A stretch of 64,000 nt of DNA, from the NCBI GenBank assembly GCA_963706575.1, contig CAVPNL010000001.1:192001-256000 (forward strand), read 5' to 3'. The stretch's first letter is position 1, and each line of letters opens with the position of its first letter. Under the pieces are notes generated by a model. It was not told the origin of the DNA, did not search any database, and saw nothing but the letters and a program-made list of their open reading frames with translations. Shown piece by piece: positions 1-9,752 of the stretch. A program made the translations under genes and the position numbers. This DNA comes from an uncultured delta proteobacterium (GTDB taxonomy: Bacteria > Desulfobacterota > Desulfobacteria > Desulfobacterales > JAHEIW01).

Positions 1-341
1 TAAGCCAGAATCTTCTTGGCTCCGGCACCTAAGTATTTAATGACTGCTGCCTGCGATACAAAACAGGCAATCGCGCCCGCAATGAAAAATGCAGGTACCA
101 GGCAAAGTATCACATGCTCCTGAGCATACCACTTTGCAAGAGCCAAAGATTCCATCAGCGCACCGGTCAAAGGAATGTTCGTGACCGGCAGCCAGAAGAA
201 TAAAAGAAACCCACCGATGATGATGCCCAGTGGCTTCCAGATGCTCCTCCAGTCCACCTGGCTGGGGGGTGGCGTCTTGGCATGTTCTCCAGTTGCCGCA
301 GCAATCGTTCGGCCTTCTTCCACAACGGTAACGTTATCCAT
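1..341 (-). CDS. Permease, ArsP/DUF318-like (3' end outside window)
   Basis: Not in the ORF track (no stop in window). ATG at 341 with GGAG upstream translates as MDNVTVV...WKPLGIIIGGFLLFFWLP...WYAQEHVILCLVPAFFIAGAIACFVSQAAVIKYLG; lies downstream of an ArsR gene. Confidence 0.8.
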   Translation of the reverse strand, partial: MDNVTVVEEGRTIAAATGEHAKTPPPSQVDWRSIWKPLGIIIGGFLLFFWLPVTNIPLTGALMESLALAKWYAQEHVILCLVPAFFIAGAIACFVSQAAVIKYLGAGAKKILA

Positions 342-435
342 TACGCTTCTGCTCCTGATGCCTGCATATATTCAAAAAACCTTTTGGCGGTCTTATAATT
401 CATTCAGAGAAATATTGGCTGCTCCGTAAAATAGC

Positions 436-457
436 TATATACTTATTTAAGCATATA
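436..457. promoter_or_regulatory. Putative ArsR operator
   Basis: Inverted repeat TATATACTTA-TT-TAAGCATATA (1 mismatch) between arsR and the permease. Confidence 0.55.
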
Positions 458-464
458 ATTAAAA

Positions 465-809
465 TTATAGCTTACACAGTTCTGCACGGTTTAAAAAGGG
501 TACTTTTTCAATGAGTCTTGACACTTCCGGATCATCATCCAGCCAATGCTTAAGATTGCCTAAAAGGCTGGCCGCATAAGGGCTGGCTTTGCCATCCGCC
601 AGATAATAATTTACCCACAGCCCTTCTTTTTTGTAGTCAACCAGACCGGCTTCTTCCAGCATTTTAAGCGCTTTTGAAACACTGGGCTGTGATATCTGCA
701 GGGCACCCTGCAATTCACACACACACATGGTTTTCTGCTGCAACAGTTTTAATATCTTGACCCGATTGGGATCTGACAGGGCTTTCATTACTTTAATAAA
801 AACTCTCAT
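465..809 (-). CDS. ArsR/SmtB family metalloregulator
   Basis: KALSDPNRVKIL...MCVCEL...SQPSVSK HTH. Start moved to ATG 809, which follows GGAGG. Confidence 0.9.
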   Translation of the reverse strand: MRVFIKVMKALSDPNRVKILKLLQQKTMCVCELQGALQISQPSVSKALKMLEEAGLVDYKKEGLWVNYYLADGKASPYAASLLGNLKHWLDDDPEVSRLIEKVPFLNRAELCKL

Positions 810-1072
810 ATAACCTCCTATATTCCAAACAGAAGAATATAATAACAACCCTGAAGAAGTCAACAAGAATATTCCAGCGGATAGCATCATGGTTAAGAAA
901 AACAAAAAGGCGGGGTAAAGCTTTTAAGCATGGCGGTTGTCCGTTGATAAGCTGCCGCTTGGGGATAGGCTGTTAGGTGATGAGGTTATCTGCTGTTGCT
1001 GCTGATAAGGTGCAATTTTTTACAGCGACAGCCGAATTTAACCAATAACAGCTTGGCCGGCTTTCTGCCAAA

Positions 1073-2728
1073 CTACCGGGTTTCTTTCCTGCGCTGTTCC
1101 TCATCACGGATTTCACGTCGGAGCAGTTTGCCGACCTTGGACTTGGGCAGCATGTCTCTGAATTCAATATACTGGGGCACTTTATAAGCAACGAGGCTTT
1201 CGCGGCACCATTTGATCAGCTCATAGCCGGTGATGCCTTTTATATCTTCTTTGAGCACCACATAGGCTTTGATACGTTCACCCACTTTTTCATCCGGCAC
1301 GCCGACAACACAGGCGCCGATGACGGCTGGGTGTTCCTGGAGAGTTGACTCGATTTCAGAGGCGGACACCCGATAGCCCTTGTGTTTGATGGTGTCGACC
1401 GTGCGGTCCACAAAATACAGGTTGCCGTCTGCATCCATGGACATGACGTCAGCGGTGCGGTACCATTTGATGTCGTCTATTTCAATAAAGGATTCAGTTG
1501 TTTCTTCTGGTTTATTCAAGTAATAGATTACCATATGATCAGAGGAAACCAGTAACTCGCCCGAGTCTCCAGTTTTGACCGGTTCAAGGGTTGCCGGATC
1601 CACGATTTTAATTTTTTTGGTTGCCATGATGCGGCCGACGCTTTTGGGTGGGGTTTCGATATCAACCGGGCACATGGAAACCCCGCCGCAGGTTTCGGTG
1701 GCGCCGTATCCCTGACGAATTTTTCTGCCAAATTTATGCTCCCAGCGCCGGCCGATTTCCACCGGCAGCAAATCACCGGCGCTAAACCAGTATTCTACCG
1801 AGCTCAGGTCGTACTGATCGAGGCGATCATGCTCTAAAATCATGCGGTACAGGGTGGGCACACCAATCATGGTTTTGGCCTCGAAGCGCTGTATGGCATC
1901 CAGGGCCGCATCCAGGTTGATTTTCGGTAGCAGAATCAGAGTTCCGCCCACTAAAAGGGTTGCCAGGCCGCAGGTCTGGCCCAGAATGTGAAACAGGGGC
2001 GCATTGCCCAGAATCACATTTTTTTCCGGCGGGAACAGGGACTCACTGACGGTTATCTGTTCCCGTGCTGAAACCAGGAACAGATTATGGGTGAAAGGCA
2101 CGCCTTTGGGAAATTTGGTGGTGCCGCCGGTGTAAAGAATTTCAGCAATTTCATTTCCATTGGGCTCGACAGTCGGCTGATTTTGCAGTGAATTACGGTA
2201 TTGGGCCAGCAGCTTGCGAAAGGAAAAAGTGTTTTCGTCCAGGGCAATTTTTCCCCGGGGGATGACATCGAACAGATAGCCAAAACCGCGTTTCCACCAG
2301 GGCAGTAAATCGGCCATTTTGGTGACGATTACCTTTTTAAGCTGTGTTTCCGGCAGCACGCTGGTGACATAGCCAAAATTGGTGTCAGCGCAGACGATGG
2401 CCTCAGCCCCGCTATCGTTGGCGATATACTTGAGATCATGGGGGGTGTAGATCGGTGTAATCGGTACGCTGACACCGCCCATTTTTTGAATCCCCAGCCA
2501 GGCCACCACCCACTGGATGCTGTTGGGGATATAAATGATGATTTTCTGTCCGGCCTTAATCCCCATATCCGTTAAGGCAGCGGCAAAACAACCGGCCATG
2601 TTTTTTATTTCCCCATAGGAAAACCGGGAGCCCAGGTAAACCACAGCCGTATTCTGTTTGCGGCGCTCGGCGGTGTTTGCAAAGGTCGAATAAATGGTAT
2701 TTTCAGTATGTTTTTCCATGGGCAACAT
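1073..2728 (-). CDS. Acyl-CoA ligase (long-chain fatty acid-CoA ligase-like)
   Basis: YTGGTTKFPKG, GYGATE, RTAD, PKSKVGK motifs; start overlaps the upstream stop. Confidence 0.9.
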   Translation of the reverse strand: MLPMEKHTENTIYSTFANTAERRKQNTAVVYLGSRFSYGEIKNMAGCFAAALTDMGIKAGQKIIIYIPNSIQWVVAWLGIQKMGGVSVPITPIYTPHDLKYIANDSGAEAIVCADTNFGYVTSVLPETQLKKVIVTKMADLLPWWKRGFGYLFDVIPRGKIALDENTFSFRKLLAQYRNSLQNQPTVEPNGNEIAEILYTGGTTKFPKGVPFTHNLFLVSAREQITVSESLFPPEKNVILGNAPLFHILGQTCGLATLLVGGTLILLPKINLDAALDAIQRFEAKTMIGVPTLYRMILEHDRLDQYDLSSVEYWFSAGDLLPVEIGRRWEHKFGRKIRQGYGATETCGGVSMCPVDIETPPKSVGRIMATKKIKIVDPATLEPVKTGDSGELLVSSDHMVIYYLNKPEETTESFIEIDDIKWYRTADVMSMDADGNLYFVDRTVDTIKHKGYRVSASEIESTLQEHPAVIGACVVGVPDEKVGERIKAYVVLKEDIKGITGYELIKWCRESLVAYKVPQYIEFRDMLPKSKVGKLLRREIRDEEQRRKETR

Positions 2729-3474
2729 CAAATTCCGAAATAGGCAGCTTTGACTTCGGGATTATCCATCAGTTCGGTGCCGGTGCCCGATAATGCCAGC
2801 ATGCCGTTTTCAATCACATAGCCTCTGTCAATAAACGGCAGTATTGGTCGTGCAAACTGTTCGGTGATCAAAATGGTGATGCCCGAATCTTTTTTCAGAT
2901 TTTTAATGGCGTCAACCAGTGTGGTCTGCATCATGGGGCTGAGCCCCAGCAGCGGTTCATCCAGCAGCAGCAAGGTCGGTTGCAGGATTAGTGTCATCCC
3001 GATGGCCAGCATTTGCTGCTCGCCGCCGCTTAAAAACCCGGCTTTGCGCTGTTTTAAATTCACCAGAGCCGGAAAAAGGGAATAAACATAGTGCATGCGA
3101 TCCTTTAAAGCTGATTTTTTTACCTGATGCCCGGCGATCTTTAAATTTTCAACCACGTCGCTCTCAGGGAAAATCGGGTGCCGTTCTCTGGATAGAACCA
3201 GCCCTTTTCTTACGCGCTCAAAGGGTTCGGTTTTGGTGATATCTTCACCATTAAATATAATTTCTCCATATATGGTGATCCTTTCACCGCCTTTGCGCTG
3301 TTCCTTGATTTTCATATCGATGATAAGACCTGATATGGTGTTCATCAGGGTGGTTTTGCCGGCGCTATTCGAGCCAATAACCCCGATAATTTCCCCCTGA
3401 TTGACCTCCATCGAGAAATCATTCAAGGCCAGGGCGTTTTCAAAGAAAACCATCAAATTTTTAACTTCCAGCAC
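2728..3474 (-). CDS. ABC transporter ATPase, LivF-like
   Basis: GSNSAGKT Walker A, LSGGEQQ, LLLLDEP. Confidence 0.92.
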   Translation of the reverse strand: MLEVKNLMVFFENALALNDFSMEVNQGEIIGVIGSNSAGKTTLMNTISGLIIDMKIKEQRKGGERITIYGEIIFNGEDITKTEPFERVRKGLVLSRERHPIFPESDVVENLKIAGHQVKKSALKDRMHYVYSLFPALVNLKQRKAGFLSGGEQQMLAIGMTLILQPTLLLLDEPLLGLSPMMQTTLVDAIKNLKKDSGITILITEQFARPILPFIDRGYVIENGMLALSGTGTELMDNPEVKAAYFGI

Positions 3475-3548
3475 GTCTTTCCTACCTTAATATAAGGGTT
3501 GATAAGAATTCCTAGCTGAAAATAGACTTCAAGTCTCAACTATTCTTC

Positions 3549-3622
3549 TTTGGTTAACGGCTTTTGGCCATTGGTTTCTGGCTACTGGCAATCTGCAATC
3601 CGAAATCCGCATTCCGCAATCG
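3549..3622. repeat. Degenerate heptamer tandem repeats
   Basis: TTTGGCC/ATTGGTT/TCTGGCT/ACTGGCA followed by AATCTGC/AATCCGA/AATCCGC/ATTCCGC, in the livG-livF spacer. Confidence 0.7.
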
Positions 3623-3626
3623 ACTC

Positions 3627-4376
3627 TTACTCGCTGCCCAGATAAGCATTTTTTACTTCTTGACTTTCCATGACATCTGTTGCCTGCCCATCAGCAATTT
3701 TTTGCCCATAGTTAAGGGCAATTATCCGATCGGCAATTCTGAAGAGCTCCTTTAAACGGTGTTCGATCATAATGATGGTTTTTCCCTGTTGCCGCAGTTT
3801 TTCAATGATGGGAACAATACTGGCGACTTCTGCCAGACTCAGTCCTGAAAAGAGCTCATCTAGGATGATCAAATCCGGCTGCAGCGCAATGGCTTTTGCC
3901 AATTCCAGCCGTTTCAGATAGCCCTGTGGCAATACACTGGCACTTTTGTAGGCCACGAAGGCATCGCGTTCAAAGCCCACTTCTTCCAGAAGGTCCAGGG
4001 CCACCGCATTGCGGTCACCATATTTTCCACCGACCATTTCTTTGACTCGTGGTGAATATAGCGGAATGATCATGTTCTTATAGGCCGGAAGCTGGTAAAA
4101 TGGCTTTACCATCTGGAAGGTTCGGGCGATCCCAAGACGAACAATTTTATAGGGCGGCCAGCCGGTTATATTTTTACCGCGGTATTGGACCTTGCCCTCG
4201 GTCGGTTTAACAAAGCCGGTGATCAGATTGACGGCGGTGGTCTTCCCAGATCCATTCGGTCCGATCATTCCCAGAAGTTCACCTTCGGCAATCTCAAAAT
4301 TCAAATCTGAGATGGCTTGAACGCCACCAAAGTTTTTATAGAGCCCGGAAACACCTAGCAGGGAAGAAGAAACCAT
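3627..4376 (-). CDS. ABC transporter ATPase, LivG-like
   Basis: GPNGSGKT, GIARTFQ, IILDE, AYLG C-terminus. Confidence 0.92.
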   Translation of the reverse strand: MVSSSLLGVSGLYKNFGGVQAISDLNFEIAEGELLGMIGPNGSGKTTAVNLITGFVKPTEGKVQYRGKNITGWPPYKIVRLGIARTFQMVKPFYQLPAYKNMIIPLYSPRVKEMVGGKYGDRNAVALDLLEEVGFERDAFVAYKSASVLPQGYLKRLELAKAIALQPDLIILDELFSGLSLAEVASIVPIIEKLRQQGKTIIMIEHRLKELFRIADRIIALNYGQKIADGQATDVMESQEVKNAYLGSE

Positions 4377-5377
4377 CACTTGACCTCCACCCAGCGTTCA
4401 AATTGATGGTATTTGCGCTGAATATAGTGGAAAATGCCCTCCGGTACGGCGACCGTAAATACAACCAGAAACAGGCCGTAAAAAACGATTCGAAGCCCGC
4501 CGAGACCACGTAATATTTCTGAAAGCGGCACTAGAATAAAGGCGCCGAGCATTGATCCGGCCAATGTTCCCATACCGCCGACCACTGCCGCGGCAATCGG
4601 CAGAATGGAATAATCCAGCGCGTACACCGGCATGCCCACAAACATATAGACATGGGTCACAAAGGCTCCAGCAAAAGCACCGATTGCACTGGCAATAAAT
4701 AAGGCCTGGGTTTTAAACCAGTAAATATTAATGCCGGCGTTCATGACCGAACGGTCATTGTCGTTGATACCCTTGAGCACCAAACCGTAATCTGAATTCA
4801 TCAGGCGTCGGAATCCAAACAGGGCCGCCAGCAGGGCGGCAATAATGACATACATTTCGACCCATCTGTTCGGAAGGGGATCCAATCCGCTGAGACCTTC
4901 GGTGCCTCCAAAAATACGTGTGGCTTCAATGATTCGGACGAGCATCAGCGGCAGCACCAGGGTGACCATTGAAAAATAGATTCCGCGCAAGCGTAAAACA
5001 GGCAGAAGAAACAGCGTGCAAAGCACCCCCCCAAAAATAGTTGCCAGTGGAAGGGTTACATAGGGGGGCCAACCAAAATAGTGATTCATATTTCCGGCAA
5101 GGTAGGCACCGGTTCCGAAGAAAAGTGCCTGGCCCAGGGAAACCATACCGCTTTGGGCCAGAATATCCCAGCTAATTGCCAGCAGGGCAAAGACGGATAC
5201 GGAAAGTAAAACACGCTGCCAATATTGGCTGAGAAGAATTGACAATAATAATAAACCGAAGATAGGCAGCAGCCGTGGGGCGGATAAATAAAGCATTTCG
5301 CGCCAGGAGGACAGGGCAAATATATCGCTGGATCTGACTTTGATGCCACGGTCTACACGTTCTTTACGCCTTTGCAA
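4376..5377 (-). CDS. ABC transporter permease, LivM-like
   Basis: Multi-TM; SLGQALFFGTGAY, LRLRGIYFSMVT. Confidence 0.9.
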   Translation of the reverse strand: MQRRKERVDRGIKVRSSDIFALSSWREMLYLSAPRLLPIFGLLLLSILLSQYWQRVLLSVSVFALLAISWDILAQSGMVSLGQALFFGTGAYLAGNMNHYFGWPPYVTLPLATIFGGVLCTLFLLPVLRLRGIYFSMVTLVLPLMLVRIIEATRIFGGTEGLSGLDPLPNRWVEMYVIIAALLAALFGFRRLMNSDYGLVLKGINDNDRSVMNAGINIYWFKTQALFIASAIGAFAGAFVTHVYMFVGMPVYALDYSILPIAAAVVGGMGTLAGSMLGAFILVPLSEILRGLGGLRIVFYGLFLVVFTVAVPEGIFHYIQRKYHQFERWVEVK

Positions 5378-5380
5378 CGG

Positions 5381-6253
5381 TCAAATCCTTTCTTCCAATT
5401 CCTTTTGTTCACCAAATAAACCGGATGGCTTAATGACGAGTATGACGAGAATGGCAATTAGCGGCACCAGCATTACCCAGTGGCTTTCCAGATAAGTAAC
5501 CGTGAAGGTTTGTCCGTATCCAATCAAAAAGGAGGCGAGTACCAATCCGCCCGTGGAGCCCAACCCGCCCACAATGCATACCGCCAATGCATTGATCAGA
5601 ACACTGTATCCCTGCTCGACGTTGATTGTTCCCAGGGGCAGCACAAAAATGGCGGCAATTGCCGCGTAAGCACCGCCAAAAGAAACACTGAGCATTGCAA
5701 CCTGATCCGTGTTTATCCCCAGGCTGAGGGCTGTGCGTTCCTCCTGAGCGATTCCTCTGAAGCGCAGGCCGGTACGGGTGTGGTGGGTAAAAAACCAGAT
5801 AAAACCGGCCATGGCAATGCCGATTAGCACGATGATAATCCGCTGTATATCGATAGTCACCTCACCGATGTCAATACTGGCATCGACAAAAACCGGCAGA
5901 GAATATTCAAAGCCGATAAAACCCATATATTTAAAGAGCTCCAGTAAAGCCAGCCCGATCCCGAAGGTGGCGATAACCTCTGATAATACCAATCCCCGAA
6001 TTCGCAGCAGAACAAATCGATACATCAGAGCCCCGGCAATGGCGGTTATGGCAACCGCTGACACAACCGCAAAGAAATAAGGCAGACCGATCGAATTTAA
6101 AAAGACCCAGCATACTAATGCACCCATAATATATAGGGCGCCGTAGGCAAAATTGGCGATCCCGCTGATCCCAAAGGTGAGGTTAAATCCCAGGGCCACC
6201 AAAACCAGTATGATACTGTTTACAAAGCCGTAGACTAAGGTGTGGGCAAACAT
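5381..6253 (-). CDS. ABC transporter permease, LivH-like
   Basis: LVALGFNLTFG...NFAYG, KPSGLFG. Confidence 0.9.
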   Translation of the reverse strand: MFAHTLVYGFVNSIILVLVALGFNLTFGISGIANFAYGALYIMGALVCWVFLNSIGLPYFFAVVSAVAITAIAGALMYRFVLLRIRGLVLSEVIATFGIGLALLELFKYMGFIGFEYSLPVFVDASIDIGEVTIDIQRIIIVLIGIAMAGFIWFFTHHTRTGLRFRGIAQEERTALSLGINTDQVAMLSVSFGGAYAAIAAIFVLPLGTINVEQGYSVLINALAVCIVGGLGSTGGLVLASFLIGYGQTFTVTYLESHWVMLVPLIAILVILVIKPSGLFGEQKELEERI

Positions 6254-6375
6254 GGATAATAATTTACCGTAAGTTTAAATCCTGTGGATCTGCAAAAACA
6301 ATTGGATGCAGCCCAGGGACACCGACTTGTGGCTGCAATGGTTATATAATTGATACTCGCGAGGCCAGAGTTCAG

Positions 6376-6418
6376 AAAAACCCGCCCGCCTTACCTGAGA
6401 TTGCCAAGGCGGGCAGGT
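6376..6418 (-). terminator. Stem-loop with T-run after the binding-protein gene (partial terminator or mRNA stabiliser)
   Basis: Minus strand ACCTGCCCGCCTT...AAGGCGGGCGGGT followed by TTTT. Confidence 0.6.
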
Positions 6419-6467
6419 AGGATTGCATATTTTTTTGTTTTTTGCTTATGCCTTAATAAGGATATTA

Positions 6468-7739
6468 TTATCTTTTGACCCAGGGCGGCAGAACGATTGG
6501 ACCATCAGCCAGGCTTGCAGGATATACTATCTTTCTTTTGCCGTCTTCAGTCCATTGAAAAAAGGCCCCAACCGCGGTTTGCGCCGGGTCGGTGCCGTAA
6601 ATGACCTGATGGCCTGCGTCAAACTTGATCCGGCCCATTACGCCCTGCTTGTCGGTTTTTTCAATTTCGGCTACGATGGCATCCGGGTCCAGTGAACCTG
6701 CTCGTTCGATGGCTTCTTTCAAGATATATACCGATTCATAAGCGGGCGCCGGACCATGGCCGGACTGAATTCCTTTTCCGTAAGCTTTTTTGTACTTATT
6801 GTAAAAGTTTTTGGACGGAGCGTATTTTGCTGCGGGTACGTTACCCAGCTCAAAGGTGGCATTCATCAATCCACCGATTTTGCCCTTAAAGGTCTTCCAG
6901 GCGACTTCACCGGCCATCGGTGAGATAAACCCGGCGATTAGCCCCGGTACCTTGATGCTTTTCCACTGGTTGACAAGGACACCGCTTTCAGGATTATCAA
7001 AACAGGCAAAAATTACGCCGGCTTTCTTTGCTTTGGCTTTCATTAAGGCCGAAGAGAAATCGGAAAATCCGGTGGGAAATTGATCATGACCCACCACTTC
7101 ATAACCTAAAGACGGATAAACCTTTTTCGCCATAGCCCCTGCGGTACCCCGCGCCCAGGCCACATCCTGGTTCATGATATAAACCTTATCAAAACCAAAA
7201 TCCTTTTTCAGCGTCGCCATCGTGCCGCCCAAAAGTTTCGCCCAGTAAATCACATTCATGGAAACTCTGAAGACATATTTGTATTTTTCAGGATCTTTTT
7301 TAATTTTAGCCTCCGTGCCGGGACTCATTGCGATGGTGCCCAGCATGGGCATCTTGTACTTGGCAAAAATATCCATGCCTGCCAGCAAGGCCTCGGAGCG
7401 GAAAGGTCCGACCACAATGGCTGTCGGCTTTTTCTCTAAGATTAGCTTTTCAATCCCCAATAAGGCTTCCGGAACCGGTACACCGGCTGCTGCATCGCGC
7501 AGGTCGGCAGCGACGACCTCGAATGGTCTTTTGGTGCCGCCGACATTAACACCGCCTTTGGCATTAATCTCACCGACTGCCAATTGAACCGCTTTGTGGG
7601 ATTCTTTGCCTTCCAGAAAACCCAAGGAAGTAGGAACACCAATAACAATTGGCTCGGCTGCAAAGACAGCGGGTACGGGTATCGTCCAGGCAAATACAGC
7701 TACCAGCGCAAGACAGAACAGGACTATTTTTCGATTCAT
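6468..7739 (-). CDS. ABC transporter substrate-binding protein, LivK/Peripla_BP_6 family
   Basis: Signal peptide MNRKIVLFCLALVAVFAW...VFA; EINAKGGV; start ATG 7739 after AGGAGG. Confidence 0.9.
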   Translation of the reverse strand: MNRKIVLFCLALVAVFAWTIPVPAVFAAEPIVIGVPTSLGFLEGKESHKAVQLAVGEINAKGGVNVGGTKRPFEVVAADLRDAAAGVPVPEALLGIEKLILEKKPTAIVVGPFRSEALLAGMDIFAKYKMPMLGTIAMSPGTEAKIKKDPEKYKYVFRVSMNVIYWAKLLGGTMATLKKDFGFDKVYIMNQDVAWARGTAGAMAKKVYPSLGYEVVGHDQFPTGFSDFSSALMKAKAKKAGVIFACFDNPESGVLVNQWKSIKVPGLIAGFISPMAGEVAWKTFKGKIGGLMNATFELGNVPAAKYAPSKNFYNKYKKAYGKGIQSGHGPAPAYESVYILKEAIERAGSLDPDAIVAEIEKTDKQGVMGRIKFDAGHQVIYGTDPAQTAVGAFFQWTEDGKRKIVYPASLADGPIVLPPWVKR

Positions 7740-7915
7740 GAGAGGCCTCCTTTTTTTGTCGGCTTCCTCCCGGGTTGTCCGGGAGAAGGCGAGTTGATGC
7801 ATTTGGTTTGAATACGATGCTGCGGGTATCTGCTACCAGGGGGGTGGTGTTGGCAACAACCCGCGCGGTTGTTGGATAAAAAACACCCTTGCTAAGAAGC
7901 AAGTTAACGAATGTG

Positions 7916-7971
7916 AGTAGCTATGAAATAGCTACTGTGTGGTAGCTATATGAACCTTGCCGGGTTGTCAA
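7916..7971 (-). promoter_or_regulatory. Putative promoter/operator of the transporter operon
   Basis: Perfect inverted repeat AGTAGCTAT-GAA-ATAGCTACT (7916-7936), third half-site GTAGCTAT (7942-7949), minus-strand TTGACA (7966-7971). Confidence 0.55.
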
Positions 7972-8131
7972 GGAATTTGTTGATGGCTTATTAGCGATTG
8001 GTGAACTCTATTACCATTCTGAAATCGGCGGTATAGGTGGCAACTGGCTGCTGATGTCTTATTGTCTGTTATGAAGGCCGTAACTTTTTGTTAGTTCATT
8101 TTTAATTTTCGCTCATTATAGGCGTAAAAAA

Positions 8132-8147
8132 GTTCATTATAGTGAAC
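8132..8147. promoter_or_regulatory. Putative IclR operator 1
   Basis: GTTCA-TTATAG-TGAAC. Confidence 0.7.
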
Positions 8148-8218
8148 GTGATGTTTCTGGAAATTGGGGTTCAACGCCTAAGTTGCATCGAATAATTCCG
8201 TATTATTCAAAAATTAAC

Positions 8219-8276
8219 TTGACAAAGCGGCTTTAACTGATAGGATACCAGACTCTAAGCGTTCATATAGATGAAC
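8219..8276 (+). promoter_or_regulatory. Sigma70-like promoter with putative IclR operator 2
   Basis: TTGACA (8219)-N16-TAGGAT, then GTTCA-TATAGA-TGAAC at 8261-8276. Confidence 0.7.
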
Positions 8277-8347
8277 AACTTGACCGGGAAATCTGCTTTA
8301 AAGGACCCTGCACTGAAACTTCTAGTACGATTCGATATCAAGGATAA

Positions 8348-8827
8348 ATGATGGATAAGAAAATATTGACGGTTGATCCGGAAAAATGTACGGGCTGCCG
8401 CAATTGTGAACTCGTTTGTTCGGTTATGCATAACGGGGTCAGCAACCCTTCTTTAGCCCGTATTCAGGTTGTCAAATGGGAAGATATCGGCGTTTATATA
8501 CCCATGAGCTGTCAGCAGTGTGAAGATGCGCCTTGCATGGCGGTGTGTCCCAAAGAGGCCATTTACCGCGACGAAGAACTGGAACGCATCCGTATTAACC
8601 ACGAGCTGTGCATCGGCTGCAAGATGTGCGTCGCTGTCTGTCCATTCGGCGCGGCCAAGTGGGATTCGAAGCGCGGCCGTGTGTTCAAGTGCAATCTGTG
8701 TCATGGAGATCCGCAATGCGTGCGCTTCTGCTACACCAAGGCGGTCGATTATTTGGAAGCAGGCAGGCTGAGCACCGATCGCATGCGGCAGGCTGCCGGA
8801 AATTTTGCTAAAGCAACACGCCGTTAA
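8348..8827 (+). CDS. 4Fe-4S multicluster protein (AorA/DmsB-like)
   Basis: Four Cys clusters: CTGCRNCELVC, CQQCEDAPC..VCP, CIGCKMCVAVCP, KCNLC...QCVRFC. Confidence 0.9.
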   Translation: MMDKKILTVDPEKCTGCRNCELVCSVMHNGVSNPSLARIQVVKWEDIGVYIPMSCQQCEDAPCMAVCPKEAIYRDEELERIRINHELCIGCKMCVAVCPFGAAKWDSKRGRVFKCNLCHGDPQCVRFCYTKAVDYLEAGRLSTDRMRQAAGNFAKATRR

Positions 8828-8912
8828 GTACAAAACCCAGTTTACTTTAACTTAAGTTACTTCGAGCTTTAGTTCACTTTAATCACTTTTTGCATTATTG
8901 GAGGTACTCAGT

Positions 8913-9200
8913 TTGAAAATACTGGTAGAATCCCTCGGACTTCCGACACTGTCAAAATTAATCGGCAAAAAAACTGAAATGGAGATGGCTGACGGGACGG
9001 TGGCGGACCTGATTGCGCATATTGTGAGTCGAAGCGGCAAGGAGGCGCGCAAAATCCTGCTGGACCACACCGGGGAACTGGATATGACGATCCAGGTGAT
9101 GCTCAATGAAGAAGGATTTGTGCCAAGAAACGAGTTGGCGCAGCGAGCCCTCAAAGACGGTGATACGGTTAAGATTATGTTGCTCGTGGGTGGCGGATAA
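8913..9200 (+). CDS. MoaD/ThiS family sulfur carrier
   Basis: Ends LKDGDTVKIMLLVGGG; TTG start after GGAGG. Confidence 0.85.
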   Translation: MKILVESLGLPTLSKLIGKKTEMEMADGTVADLIAHIVSRSGKEARKILLDHTGELDMTIQVMLNEEGFVPRNELAQRALKDGDTVKIMLLVGGG

Positions 9201-9217
9201 ATCTTCATACCATGAAG

Positions 9218-9336
9218 GCAAAGGGAATAGCGCATAGCGCATAGTGCATAGAGCATAGCGCATAGGGCAAAGCGTTTTGATTAAGAAAAAGGAGACTCAA
9301 TTTTAACGCTCTGCGCTTTGCGCTTAGCCCTTTGCG
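9218..9336. repeat. Heptamer tandem repeat with an inverted arm
   Basis: About 8 GCATAGC-like units (9218-9273) and complementary CGCTCTG/CGCTTTG/CGCTTAG/CCCTTTG (9307-9336). Confidence 0.85.
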
Positions 9337-9341
9337 ATATA

Positions 9342-9752
9342 ATGACTCAAGTTATGGACAATAAGAAAATGCCATATTTCCGGGTAAATGAGAACTGTAA
9401 CGGGTGTCTGGCCTGTGTGGAAAATTGCCCGGCAGCGGCATTGGATTCTGTTGATCAAAACGACGGACGGACCCTTAAACACAATATGACCAAGTGCGCC
9501 CGCTGCGGTCAATGCTGGCGGGTCTGCCCCCAGGAAGCCATCGAGTTTCAGCATCTTTTAGCCGGCGAGTGGGATGATGTCATTACGCTTGACCTGATTC
9601 ATTGTCGGGTTTGCGGGGAACCGCTGTATTCAGCGGCTTTTCTTCAAAAAATGGAAGGCCAGCTGGATTTAGCCGGTGAAGCACTCTGCCCGAAGCATCG
9701 GCAAAGTGACGCCGCCTCAAAGCTGCTGCATTCAAAATCGGGGGCCAAATGA
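9342..9752 (+). CDS. 2x[4Fe-4S] ferredoxin-like protein with extra C-terminal Cys motif
   Basis: CNGCLACVENCP, CARCGQCWRVCP, CRVCG...LCPKH; start uncertain. Confidence 0.85.
   Translation: MTQVMDNKKMPYFRVNENCNGCLACVENCPAAALDSVDQNDGRTLKHNMTKCARCGQCWRVCPQEAIEFQHLLAGEWDDVITLDLIHCRVCGEPLYSAAFLQKMEGQLDLAGEALCPKHRQSDAASKLLHSKSGAK

Noticed and set aside
810..905. Hydrophobic N-terminal extension of ArsR in the ORF track
   Set aside because: A GGAGG RBS precedes ATG 809, which matches the family start
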